Position numbers and translations under genes: made by a program | Part shown: piece by piece, positions 16,470 to 25,881 of the stretch | How the letters are laid out: every line of letters starts with the position of its first letter | Position numbering within the stretch: the first letter of the stretch is position 1 | Source of the DNA: Nostoc punctiforme PCC 73102 | GTDB taxonomy: Bacteria > Cyanobacteriota > Cyanobacteriia > Cyanobacteriales > Nostocaceae | DNA: 32,000 nucleotides | Assembly (NCBI RefSeq): GCF_000020025.1 | Contig: NC_010628.1 | Location: forward strand, 1,890,001-1,922,000 | Direction of reading: 5' to 3' | Notes under the pieces: model-generated | Told to the model about the DNA's origin: nothing | The model's database searches: none | What the model saw: only the letters and a program-made list of their open reading frames with translations

Positions 16470-17522
16470 TTACTTAAGCCTAGCTCTCCATTTCCGAATA
16501 GCATTAGCAGTTCTGGCAACTGGTGGCATGTATACATCAGGAGTTTCGTTAGAGTTTTCGTATTGTGTAATACTTTTATTATTTAATTTTTGGGTAGTTA
16601 GACAGTTAGCTAAAGTAGGCAAATAGCTTTCATAACTTAAAGCTTTTATTACTTCATCAACAGTCTTAAACCGGTCGTCTAATGTAATCTTTACCATTTT
16701 GCCTAAAGTTTTGGCGAAACTATCAGTAATATTTACTTCTTTTTGCCAGCATATCTCACCAGTATTTGGGTGGTAATCAAATTCTAAAGGACTTTTACCA
16801 GTCAACATATAAATACAAGTTACACCTAGTGCATAAATATCACTGGCATAAACTGGACGAAGAGAAAACTGTTCTGGCGGTGCAAATCCCCTAGTGCCAA
16901 TAAAGTTAGTATTTAAAGCTTGATTGGTAGAGTTTTCACAAGCATCAACTAATTGCTCTTTCACTGCGCCAAAATCAATCAGCACTACCCGCTTGTCATA
17001 CTCACACCGCAATAAATTCTGGGGCTTAATATCCCGATGAATCACATGATGTTTATGAAGATACTGTAAGACTGGTAATAATTCTTGTAAAAACTGTTTC
17101 ACCGAGGCTTCACTTTTGGGCCCGCCTCGCCGCACTTCTTGGGCTAAAGTCAAACCCGGTACGTATTCTTGAATTAAAAAAAACTCCCCATTCGCCTGAA
17201 AGTAGTCTAGCAGCATGGGAATTTGCGAATGACTACCGAGTTGACCTAAAGTTCTTGCTTCTTTTTCAAAACGCGCACATGCCTTTTGCCAACTTTGGGG
17301 ACTAGTCACTTTCGGGCAAAGCTGTTTAATGACACACAGAGGATTTCCAGGTAATACGGCATTTTTGGCTAAAAAAGTGATGCCAAAACCACCTTTACCT
17401 AGAACTTGCAATATTTCATAGCGATCGCGGAATAGCTTCTTGGAAGCACACATCTGACCAAGTTGAGTTTGCTGTGAAATGCTCTCTTGAGAATTCGTTA
17501 TTTTCTGAGAAAAGCGATTCAT
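16470..17522 (-). CDS. Ser/Thr protein kinase (kinase domain plus short tail)
   Basis: 350 aa. Motifs: GKGGFGITF (glycine loop), CVIKQL, HRDIKPQNL, DFGAVK, GTRGFAPPEQ. Confidence 0.9.
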   Translation of the reverse strand: MNRFSQKITNSQESISQQTQLGQMCASKKLFRDRYEILQVLGKGGFGITFLAKNAVLPGNPLCVIKQLCPKVTSPQSWQKACARFEKEARTLGQLGSHSQIPMLLDYFQANGEFFLIQEYVPGLTLAQEVRRGGPKSEASVKQFLQELLPVLQYLHKHHVIHRDIKPQNLLRCEYDKRVVLIDFGAVKEQLVDACENSTNQALNTNFIGTRGFAPPEQFSLRPVYASDIYALGVTCIYMLTGKSPLEFDYHPNTGEICWQKEVNITDSFAKTLGKMVKITLDDRFKTVDEVIKALSYESYLPTLANCLTTQKLNNKSITQYENSNETPDVYMPPVARTANAIRKWRARLK

Positions 17523-17698
17523 TAGTATAGGATATCTGCTCTTAAATGTCTTTAATTTTACGGTAAATATTCCTTTCTACCAGTAACATTACTGGAACTT
17601 TGCTAAATCATCACCACTTTTCTGTTAAAAATTCAAAAAGCAAAAATAAATCTTTGTAGAACTAGCGCTTTCAAGGTAACTCCAAAAATCTCTCTTGT

Positions 17699-17766
17699 CT
17701 CTGTGTTCTCTGCGCCTCTGCGGTTTAAAGTAATTTATTTAACTACAAATACGCAGAGAACACAGA
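17699..17766 (-). terminator. long stem-loop downstream of the GH57 gene (terminator or dispersed repeat)
   Basis: Perfect 16-bp arms ctctgtgttctctgcg (17699-17714) and cgcagagaacacagag (17751-17766) with a 36-nt loop. It lies 29 nt after the GH57 stop. On the minus strand a short T-run (atttttgg) follows about 10 nt later. Confidence 0.45.
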
Positions 17767-17794
17767 GGTAACAAATTAAAAACCGTATTGAGTT

Positions 17795-20023
17795 TTAAGG
17801 CACTTCAATAGGAATCAAAGCATTTTCTGGCAAGTAGTTGCAAAAACGCCCTTCATCTGCAAGCACTAAAATCAGACGCAGGGGATAATCTGGCGGAACT
17901 TGCAAATCTGCCCACGGTACTGCCAACTCTAAACAACTATTTAAAGCTACTTGAGCGCGACTGAAACGGGGATGCCATTGATAATTGTCTCCAGCTTCCC
18001 GAAACTGAATCGATTGCGTCAGCAAGTTAACTTCTAGAAGATGGTGGAAAAGGTAATTAAGCGGGGCTGCATCTGGTACATCTGCCAAGGGAACTGGGCT
18101 ATTAACCATTGTTTTTTCTGGGTAAAACCACAGCAAATTCAACTCTGTAGGAAAATCCCCACCTGGTGCAACGCCACCTTTAAAGTCCAGCCGCAAATAG
18201 AAATTGAGGTGATCTACCCCATACCAAAGTCGCTGGATGACACTGCTATTGTGCATCGTCCCCCGCGCCCCGCCGATTTCTATGCGTCCAGCTTTGTCCC
18301 AATCTTGCTCATCACCCTTACCATCGATGACGGGATGGATAAACCCTTGTGGGGTATGGCTTCCTTGTGCTTCGTGGATTTCCACTGGTTGCTTGAGATA
18401 AGGCGGTACAGGTTCATTTAATGCTTTGTAAATGCCAAACAGGTGTTCTCGAAATAACTGGTCAAAGATGGCATCTTGATTTGAGGAGTGTCCTGCGCCA
18501 AACCACCAAAACCAGTCTGAACCCTCTGCTGCATACAGCGCTTCCCATGCTTCTGGGTTGTTTTCTTCCGTTGCTTCGGGATGACTTGCAAGCATTTCCC
18601 TTGCTTCTGTCAAATAATCCCAAGCCCGATTTTTGGCGCGATCGCCGATCCAGGTGGTGAAGCTGCCATCCACCCAAGAACCACTATGTAGTTGCCCACC
18701 AGGAATGGTGGCTGTGGCTGGAAATTCTTCGAGAAATTCGGAGACGGTGACGAGTTTGAGGTGGGGTTCATCGCTCAAACTTTGATACAAAGCTTCTAAG
18801 AAGGGTTTGCCATCTTCGGGATAAAATTCCCAGCAATTCTCCCCATCCAAGGCAATGGTAACTAGCCAAGGTTGCTCACTTTGACTCTCTCTTTGCATTT
18901 TAGCGATCGCTTGTAAATGTCCCACTAAGTCTGCTGCTGCCTTTTTTGCTGGCATCGCACTGTAGGTAAAGCCAATCAAATCTGATAATCTATGGTCACG
19001 AAACACAATTGACAAATCGCCCTCTGCGGTTTGCAGCCGATAGGGTCGGTACAACAGTTCTGGTTGCTGCACATTCCCCGCCCCATCCCGATAAAAAAAG
19101 TGTTTCAGCGTCCACCCTAAGACGGCTTCATCTGAGCATATCCACTTAAACCCTTGGTTAATAATGTGTGGAAGTATCGCCGGGCTTACTGACTGTTCCG
19201 AAGGCCACAAACCACGAGGTATTTGTCCAAAGCGGTCTTTATAAAAGTTCCAAGCTTTCCGCAAGTGACGGGGAATATCTTCTTCCCACTGAAAGCGCTG
19301 CTTAGGTAGCGTCATATTGGGCACAGCTACCCGACCGGAGTTAGTATCAGCTAGTAAGGGTAAAATCGGGTGGGTGTAAGGCGTAGTGGTAACTTCTAGT
19401 TGCCCAGCCTCCTGCATTTTGCGGTGTTGGGGGATAATGCGACTGAGGATTTCTCGCTGTTTGGAATAAATGCGCTGGCGATCGCTTAAACTAAAATTCC
19501 GACCCTGTTTTAACCAAGTAGCAATTTCTGGGTCATCCCAAAACAACGGATCGATCCAAGCTAAATTGTGCCAAGCTAGCAAATCACCATAATCTGGCAA
19601 TTCCCAATTTGCTAAACACCAGGCTTGCCCCTTCTCCTGCCTTTGCTGATACAACTGGCTGTAGCGGGGATGTGGGTCAATTAACGTATGGTGATTGGCA
19701 TCAAAAAAGTGTTGGATAATGAATTCCCTCTGTTCCTGGCTGAGTTGTTCATCCGGTGTCAAGCAGGCTGTGAGGTAAGGGTCAAAAGCAGTCCCAGCAA
19801 TATAATCTTCTAGTTGTAATATCAGCGATGGAACTAAATTCACCGTTTGGTGTAACTTAGGATACCGCTCTAAGAGCAATACCAAATCCAAATAATCTTT
19901 AGTCCCATGTAAACGTACCCAAGGTAGGCGGTACTGCTGACTGGGAGATAGCGCACTACCAGGAGATTTGTACAGAGGCTGATGTTGATGCCAGATAAAA
20001 GCGATGTATAGAGGATGGGACAT
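17795..20023 (-). CDS. glycoside hydrolase family 57 protein (alpha-glucan active)
   Basis: 742 aa. GH57 conserved regions recognisable: FIWHQHQP, GQLEVTTTPYTHPILPLL, LWPSEQSVS (nucleophile Glu block), ALDGENCWEF (acid/base Asp block). Confidence 0.85.
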   Translation of the reverse strand: MSHPLYIAFIWHQHQPLYKSPGSALSPSQQYRLPWVRLHGTKDYLDLVLLLERYPKLHQTVNLVPSLILQLEDYIAGTAFDPYLTACLTPDEQLSQEQREFIIQHFFDANHHTLIDPHPRYSQLYQQRQEKGQAWCLANWELPDYGDLLAWHNLAWIDPLFWDDPEIATWLKQGRNFSLSDRQRIYSKQREILSRIIPQHRKMQEAGQLEVTTTPYTHPILPLLADTNSGRVAVPNMTLPKQRFQWEEDIPRHLRKAWNFYKDRFGQIPRGLWPSEQSVSPAILPHIINQGFKWICSDEAVLGWTLKHFFYRDGAGNVQQPELLYRPYRLQTAEGDLSIVFRDHRLSDLIGFTYSAMPAKKAAADLVGHLQAIAKMQRESQSEQPWLVTIALDGENCWEFYPEDGKPFLEALYQSLSDEPHLKLVTVSEFLEEFPATATIPGGQLHSGSWVDGSFTTWIGDRAKNRAWDYLTEAREMLASHPEATEENNPEAWEALYAAEGSDWFWWFGAGHSSNQDAIFDQLFREHLFGIYKALNEPVPPYLKQPVEIHEAQGSHTPQGFIHPVIDGKGDEQDWDKAGRIEIGGARGTMHNSSVIQRLWYGVDHLNFYLRLDFKGGVAPGGDFPTELNLLWFYPEKTMVNSPVPLADVPDAAPLNYLFHHLLEVNLLTQSIQFREAGDNYQWHPRFSRAQVALNSCLELAVPWADLQVPPDYPLRLILVLADEGRFCNYLPENALIPIEVP

Positions 20024-20030
20024 AAGAATA

Positions 20031-20100
20031 GTTAGGAGTTAAGAATGAGGAGTTAGGAGTTGATTCAAAACTCATAACTCCTAACTCCTAACTCCTAACT
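20031..20100. repeat. heptamer (AGGAGTT / AACTCCT) arrays in inverted orientation forming a hairpin
   Basis: aggagttaggagtt (20049-20062) pairs perfectly with aactcctaactcct (20077-20090). Extra tandem units sit on both sides. The array fills the 78-nt gap between the nfu stop and the GH57 start. Confidence 0.75.
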
Positions 20101-20101
20101 T

Positions 20102-20332
20102 TTACACCACTTGTTCAATTTCCGCAATTTCAGGAATCATTTCTTTTAGGCGGCGCTCAATACCCATTCTCAGGGTCATTGCAGAACTAGGACAAGAACC
20201 ACAAGCACCTTGCAGGCGCAGCTTTACGACAGGCCCATCGAGTTCTACGAGTTCCACATTGCCGCCATCAGACATGAGATAAGGGCGCATTTCATCTAAG
20301 ACTGTTTCAACGTTGTCAATTGTGAGTTCCAT
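20102..20332 (-). CDS. nfu: NifU-like Fe-S cluster scaffold/carrier protein (Nfu type, C-terminal NifU domain)
   Basis: 76 aa. [43 protein letters not shown] carries the CxxC motif typical of Nfu. Confidence 0.85.
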   Translation of the reverse strand: MELTIDNVETVLDEMRPYLMSDGGNVELVELDGPVVKLRLQGACGSCPSSAMTLRMGIERRLKEMIPEIAEIEQVV

Positions 20333-20356
20333 AGTTTTAGACCTGCTAAGTTAATG

Positions 20357-20489
20357 GTGGGCATTGGGAATGGGGCAAAACAGTTCCGAGTTTCGAGTTC
20401 CGAGTGCTGGGTAAAGAAATGAGATTCCCTACTCAGCACTCAGCACCCAACACTCAGCACTCCTGAAGGGAATGGGGCATGGGGCATTG
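20357..20489. repeat. composite STRR island (GGGCATT-, GTTCCGA- and CTCAGCA-type heptamers)
   Basis: In order: gggcattgggaatggggca, then gttccgagtttcgagttccgagtgctgggt, then actcagcactcagcacccaacactcagcact, then gggaatggggcatggggcatt. The parts ccgagtgctgggt and ctcagcact are mutually complementary. Confidence 0.7.
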
Positions 20490-20916
20490 AATAATAATGA
20501 TTCCTGTACCCTATACACTATTACTCGTTAACTATTATCCAAAATCTTATTTTCCATGTTGTCTGAACAAAGTTTTCGTGTGAGCCTCCTACTTTACTTT
20601 AGCTTTTAGGTTCTGCTTTGCAGTCAGACGGAAGACAGGATTTAATTCTCCAAGTACACGTCACCGTAAAAAGGAGTCAAAAATCTATTTTTTGTAAATT
20701 TTGAGTAAAACGGAGCAAAAGCCAACATTTAGACGTTTGTTGTGTTTTATTCTTCAACCCAGCCCATAATTATACAATTTTGTGGTCTAGGGACGGAATT
20801 ATTTCCAATCTCCTATGCCCAATTTTGTTATTTATTGAATAATAATTACTAAGAAACTTTAAATTTTAAAACTCCAAACCCAGTATTGGTAATGTTCGAG
20901 ATGAGCAATGACTAAC

Positions 20917-22704
20917 TCATAACGGGCTAAACGCCTCGCTATCGCTAACAGCACTGTCTGTTGAGTCGCTATCACTAGAAGAAACCATGACTGGTTGTTG
21001 ATATAGTGGCACTGTAAATGTCACTGTTGAACCAAGACCTTCACCCAGACTATAAAAATGTACCTCGCCGCCCATTGCTTCAACTAGCTTCTGAGATATT
21101 GCCAGTCCTAAACCTGTGCCACCATACTGGCGAGTGCGTGAGCCATCCACCTGAGAGAATAATTGAAACAGTTTATCTTGTTTGTCTAGGGAAACACCGA
21201 TGCCTGTGTCTGCCACACGGACTCTTACCAAGCCAGGAAATTGTTGGTCTTGAAGCTTCGATTTTTTGAGTACTAAATCGGCGCTGACGGTGACACCACC
21301 TTCATGGGTAAATTTGATGGCATTACCTAGCAAATTCAGCATCACTTGGAGCAAGCGTTGGTAGTTGCTTTGGACAATGATTTCATCCGAGGTAGCAGGC
21401 ATTTGCATCCGAAAGCTGAGGTTTCTCATTTCTGCTTGGGGACGCATAAAACTTTCTACATCACTAAATAGCTCATTTAGCTTGACTGGAGCGTAAGTTA
21501 GCTCCATTTTACCAGCTTCGATTTTGGCAATGTCCAAAATGTCGTTGATGATATTTAGTAGATGTATCGATAAGTTGTGCGCTTCTGCCAAAAATTGGTT
21601 TTGTTCTTCTGGGTCATCTGCCATCCCTTCCAAAATCAGCTTTAAGAAGCCAATCATCCCATTGAGGGGAGTACGAATTTCATGGGATACATTAGCCAGA
21701 AACTCGCTTTTGAGACGGGAAGCTTCTTCGGCTTTTTGACGAGCTACTTCTAATTCTTCATATAAAGTAGCATGTGCGATCGCAGTTCCCAATTGATCTG
21801 CTGCTTCTTTTGCTAGCTCTAATTCCGATTCTGTTAATGTATAGCATTCATCTTGCCAATTTAAGGCAACCAATCCATTGGCTTGGTCTTGATAGCAAGT
21901 CGCAACCACCAAAGTTTTCTGCCGCCCAGACTCTGTGCATCCAGGCACTTCCATCACAACTGGTTCTAGGGTTGTCAAAGCCTGAGCAAAGGCAGGCTCA
22001 GAAGCTACATCTATTTCCAAGCCTAGCATTGATCTAAGTTCTGGCTGGCGATACTCAGCCTTCACTTTTACTTTTGAGCTAGAGGGCTGATAAGGACAAA
22101 TAATACAGCGCTCTAGCCGCAGTGCTTTTCCCAAACTGTCAACTGTTTGCTGCCAAATAATATCTAAATCCAATGTCCGGCGAATATTTCTGGTAATCCG
22201 ATTTACCAGTTTTTGATGTTGCTGTGAACGTAAAGCCAACTCTATCTGTGTGGGCGTTTTGGATGCCACACGCGCTTGTTTTTTGTTGAGTGTCGCTTGC
22301 ACTAAGCGTCCCATAACTAAAACTGTAGTGGCAGTTGTTCCCAAACTCGGCATAATCGGACTAATCACTAAGTCCAACTCAAATAATTCCTGATGGTAGC
22401 TAAACCAACACTGAAACCTTTCTGGCACCAAACTTGTCAAAATTCGGTGCAATCGTTCCACATAATTAACCTTATCCACAGGGGCAAAGGTTTGCGTCTG
22501 GTTCAGCTCTTCAACTATTTTTTCGGTATTTAACCCCAGGAGTTCGCTGTGCTGCCAATGAAAGGTCAGATAGCGCCCTGCCCCATCTTGCGTATACACC
22601 AACTCGGCTCCTAGAGTTGGCAATAAGCCATCAGTTTTACTGGTAATAGATTCCAGATTTTGGGAAAATACATTCGGCAATTGGGAATTGGCAGTAATAG
22701 TCAT
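20917..22704 (-). CDS. sensor histidine kinase with N-terminal sensory region and GAF domain
   Basis: 595 aa. H-box SHEIRTPLNG, N-box LLNLLGNAIKFT, G-boxes DTGIGV and GGTGLGLAIS. No receiver domain and no clear TM segment. Confidence 0.85.
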   Translation of the reverse strand: MTITANSQLPNVFSQNLESITSKTDGLLPTLGAELVYTQDGAGRYLTFHWQHSELLGLNTEKIVEELNQTQTFAPVDKVNYVERLHRILTSLVPERFQCWFSYHQELFELDLVISPIMPSLGTTATTVLVMGRLVQATLNKKQARVASKTPTQIELALRSQQHQKLVNRITRNIRRTLDLDIIWQQTVDSLGKALRLERCIICPYQPSSSKVKVKAEYRQPELRSMLGLEIDVASEPAFAQALTTLEPVVMEVPGCTESGRQKTLVVATCYQDQANGLVALNWQDECYTLTESELELAKEAADQLGTAIAHATLYEELEVARQKAEEASRLKSEFLANVSHEIRTPLNGMIGFLKLILEGMADDPEEQNQFLAEAHNLSIHLLNIINDILDIAKIEAGKMELTYAPVKLNELFSDVESFMRPQAEMRNLSFRMQMPATSDEIIVQSNYQRLLQVMLNLLGNAIKFTHEGGVTVSADLVLKKSKLQDQQFPGLVRVRVADTGIGVSLDKQDKLFQLFSQVDGSRTRQYGGTGLGLAISQKLVEAMGGEVHFYSLGEGLGSTVTFTVPLYQQPVMVSSSDSDSTDSAVSDSEAFSPL

Positions 22705-22876
22705 TAATTGAGTTGGATAGACAAAGGATATCCGACCGTAATTTTACTAAAGCTGCTAAAATTTATATATAAATTTTTACAGCTTTTTTGCTTTTATTGC
22801 GTATTTCTTGTTGTTTTGAAATCCAGCTTGGTAAACTTCACCTTTTTTAACTTGCATTAACAGATGACTGATGGCA

Positions 22877-23113
22877 TTAATCGTTCCATTCACCGCGAGG
22901 AGGAACGGGGGTACGCACAGGGGTACGTGTCAGTTCGTCATCTCTGAGGATTTCACCACGTAACCACTGGCGAATTGCTACCTCAATCACTTTACTTGGG
23001 TCATTGGTGAGATGCTGAATTTGCTCTAGTAACTCGGAGTCCAGGCGGACGGCAATTTCTACCTTATCGGCTCGTGTGTTTTCCGCTTCGGTAGTTTTCT
23101 CTTGCATATTCAT
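22877..23113 (-). CDS. small ribbon-helix-helix-like protein (CopG-like fold, inferred)
   Basis: 78 aa. KVEIAVRLDSELLEQIQHL...SKVIEVAIRQWL fits a strand-helix-helix pattern. Pro-rich tail TRTPVRTPVPPRGEW. Called on pattern alone. Confidence 0.45.
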   Translation of the reverse strand: MNMQEKTTEAENTRADKVEIAVRLDSELLEQIQHLTNDPSKVIEVAIRQWLRGEILRDDELTRTPVRTPVPPRGEWND

Positions 23114-23480
23114 AGGTTTGATATACTCTGAATTGGTTTTGTCTAAAGCTTTGTAAAGTAGTTATATTCATCATTTGGGCTAATTCACTGAAAAATCTTC
23201 AATGGGACATTTACATAGTTCCCCGAAATAGCACCAAAGTAACAGCTTTAAGTTTTAAATCGCATTTTTCATATAACTGACTAGACAATGGCTCTAGAAG
23301 TTTTGCCGATAAATCAGTGATTATGAGTAATTACGGGTCGTAATTGCCCAAGATCACCACATGATCCCTACATGTACTTATTTACATTTATTGTACGCTC
23401 CTAGCTGTTGAATACTAGCAGCGACAAATAGACTTTCATAATATTCTTAAAAGTCCACCTATTTAGATCGAAAGTTAAAG

Positions 23481-23633
23481 ATGGGGTGAAGAGGGGCAGG
23501 GGAGCAGGGGGCAGGGGAGCAGGGAAAGAATAATAACTCCTAACTTTTAACTTTTAACTCTTAACTTTTAACTCCTAACTCAGCACGGGCTAAACCTTAG
23601 CTATCCGCTAACAGCACTCGGAACTCAGCACTA
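23481..23633. repeat. composite STRR island plus a dispersed 34-nt repeat
   Basis: G-rich 7/14-nt periodic run ggggcaggggagcagggggcaggggagcaggg. Seven AACTCCT/AACTTTT units at 23535-23583. The repeat acgggctaaaccttagctatccgctaacagcact at 23585-23618. Then cagcactcggaac, the reverse complement of gttccgagtgctg in the 20357-20489 island. Confidence 0.7.
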
Positions 23634-23722
23634 AAAACGGAGCGTCTTGGCTAAGAAAGCATTAAAATACATTAAGTAAATTGCTCTTTTAACTTTGGTT
23701 GCTGCTAAGGCAAAGATAGTAT

Positions 23723-25534
23723 ATGACTGACGTTCCCGCAGTTCGCATTCGCAATTTTTGTATTATTGCTCACATCGACCACGGGAAATCAACCCTCGCC
23801 GATCGCTTGCTACAAGCAACTGGCACTGTTGAAGACCGAAAGATGAAGGAACAGTTTCTCGACAACATGGATCTGGAACGGGAGCGCGGCATTACGATTA
23901 AGCTGCAAGCTGCCCGGATGAACTACACAGCTAAGGATGGTCAGCAGTATGTGCTGAACTTAATTGATACTCCTGGACATGTAGATTTCTCTTATGAAGT
24001 CTCCCGCTCTCTTGTTGCTTGTGAAGGAGCGCTATTGGTAGTAGATGCTTCCCAAGGTGTGGAGGCGCAAACTTTGGCAAATGTCTATTTAGCCTTAGAG
24101 AATAACCTGGAAATTATTCCGGTTTTGAATAAAATTGATTTGCCTGGGGCAGAACCAGAACGGGTAATTGGCGAAATTGAAGAAATTATCGGTCTAGATT
24201 GCAGTGGTGCGATTCTGGCTTCTGCTAAAGAAGGACTTGGTATTGATGAGATTTTAGAAGCAGTTGTCGAGCGGATCCCGCCACCGCCCAATACCATAAA
24301 TGAACGCTTGCGAGCGTTAATATTTGATAGCTATTACGACAGTTACCGAGGAGTAATTGTGTATTTCCGGGTGATGGATGGCACTGTCAGAAAAGGCGAT
24401 CGCATTCATTTAATGGCATCTGGTAAAGAATTTGAAATTGATGAGTTAGGTGTGCTTTCTCCCACTCAAAAGCAAGTAGAAGAACTCCACGCTGGCGAAG
24501 TAGGCTATTTGGGAGCGGCAATTAGAGCAGTAGCTGATGCACGGGTGGGTGACACAATTACCCTTAGTAAGGCAAAAGCTGAATCACCCTTACCAGGTTA
24601 CGCAGAAGCGAACCCAATGGTTTATTGTGGGATGTTTCCCATTGATGCTGACCAATTTGAAGACTTGCGGGAAGCATTAGAAAAGCTGGAACTTAACGAC
24701 GCAGCCCTGCATTACGAACCAGAAACTTCGAGCGCAATGGGGTTTGGCTTCCGTTGCGGGTTTTTGGGTTTGCTGCACATGGAAATCGTCCAGGAACGCC
24801 TAGAGCGGGAGTATAATCTCGATTTAATCATTACAGCCCCATCGGTGGTTTATAAGGTGATTACTCTCAAAGGAGAGGAACTGTACATCGATAATCCTAG
24901 CCGTTTGCCTTCTCCCAACGATCGCCAAAGAATTGAAGAACCATACGTCCAAGTAGAGATGATTACGCCGGAAACTTATGTCGGCAGCTTGATGGAGTTG
25001 TCACAAAATCGCCGGGGCATCTTTAAAGATATGAAATATCTTGCCCAAGGACGAACCACCCTTACTTATGAGCTACCCTTGGCGGAAGTTGTAACTGATT
25101 TTTTCGATCAGATGAAGTCTCGATCGCGCGGTTATGCTAGTATGGAATATCACCTCATAGGCTACCGTGAGAACCCTCTGGTGAAGCTGGATATCATGAT
25201 TAACGGCGATCCTGTGGATTCCTTGGCGATGATTGTGCATCGAGACAAAGCTTACAACGTTGGGCGGGCAATGGCAGAAAAACTCAAAGAATTAATTCCC
25301 CGCCATCAATTCAAAGTCCCAATTCAGGCATCTATTGGTAGTAAAGTTATTGCCAGCGAACACATCCCCGCCTTGCGGAAAGATGTGCTAGCCAAATGCT
25401 ACGGTGGTGACATCAGCCGAAAGAAGAAACTCTTACAGAAGCAAGCAAAAGGTAAAAAGCGGATGAAATCTGTAGGTACTGTAGATGTACCCCAGGAAGC
25501 TTTTATGGCAGTACTGCGCTTGGATCAAAGCTAA
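23723..25534 (+). CDS. lepA: translation elongation factor 4 (LepA)
   Basis: 603 aa. GTPase motifs [18 protein letters not shown]. LepA-specific C-terminal region ending [15 protein letters not shown]. Confidence 0.95.
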   Translation: MTDVPAVRIRNFCIIAHIDHGKSTLADRLLQATGTVEDRKMKEQFLDNMDLERERGITIKLQAARMNYTAKDGQQYVLNLIDTPGHVDFSYEVSRSLVACEGALLVVDASQGVEAQTLANVYLALENNLEIIPVLNKIDLPGAEPERVIGEIEEIIGLDCSGAILASAKEGLGIDEILEAVVERIPPPPNTINERLRALIFDSYYDSYRGVIVYFRVMDGTVRKGDRIHLMASGKEFEIDELGVLSPTQKQVEELHAGEVGYLGAAIRAVADARVGDTITLSKAKAESPLPGYAEANPMVYCGMFPIDADQFEDLREALEKLELNDAALHYEPETSSAMGFGFRCGFLGLLHMEIVQERLEREYNLDLIITAPSVVYKVITLKGEELYIDNPSRLPSPNDRQRIEEPYVQVEMITPETYVGSLMELSQNRRGIFKDMKYLAQGRTTLTYELPLAEVVTDFFDQMKSRSRGYASMEYHLIGYRENPLVKLDIMINGDPVDSLAMIVHRDKAYNVGRAMAEKLKELIPRHQFKVPIQASIGSKVIASEHIPALRKDVLAKCYGGDISRKKKLLQKQAKGKKRMKSVGTVDVPQEAFMAVLRLDQS

Positions 25535-25881
25535 TAGAAAAAAGAATTCAGGAGTAAGGAGTCAGAATACCCTTTCAGGGAAGCAAGCTACAGAATGAAT
25601 TAAATTCCAAGTGGCGGATAGCGAGTCTGCAAACGTCTGGATAGTTCCCTACCAAAATATTCGTGTTCTGAATTCTGAATTCTTTTTCAACATCCGTTAA
25701 TTTTAATAACAAAGGCTGTCAACAGCAGCCTCAAGCGTAAGAGTTTCAGCCTGCTGCTGGTAGGTTTAGCTTTCAGAAAGCCAGAGACTAACTCGCCATT
25801 GGCTCAAACATCCCTGAGCGTGCCTCTAATGCAGGATTTCTAACAGCAAAATATATATTTATTGTAGAAATTCAAAACATC

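Noticed and set aside
20031-23633. Tandem short repeats considered as a CRISPR array
   Set aside because: The units are 7 nt and directly abutting, with no 25-40-nt spacers and no cas genes in the window. They are STRR-type heptamers.
25538-25687. 13-nt inverted repeat aaaaaagaattcag / ctgaattcttttt enclosing about 123 nt after lepA, considered as a MITE or lepA terminator
   Set aside because: The arms are AT-rich and short, no target duplication is visible, and the right arm is part of a tgaattc tandem. A structural role is possible, but the evidence is too weak to call.
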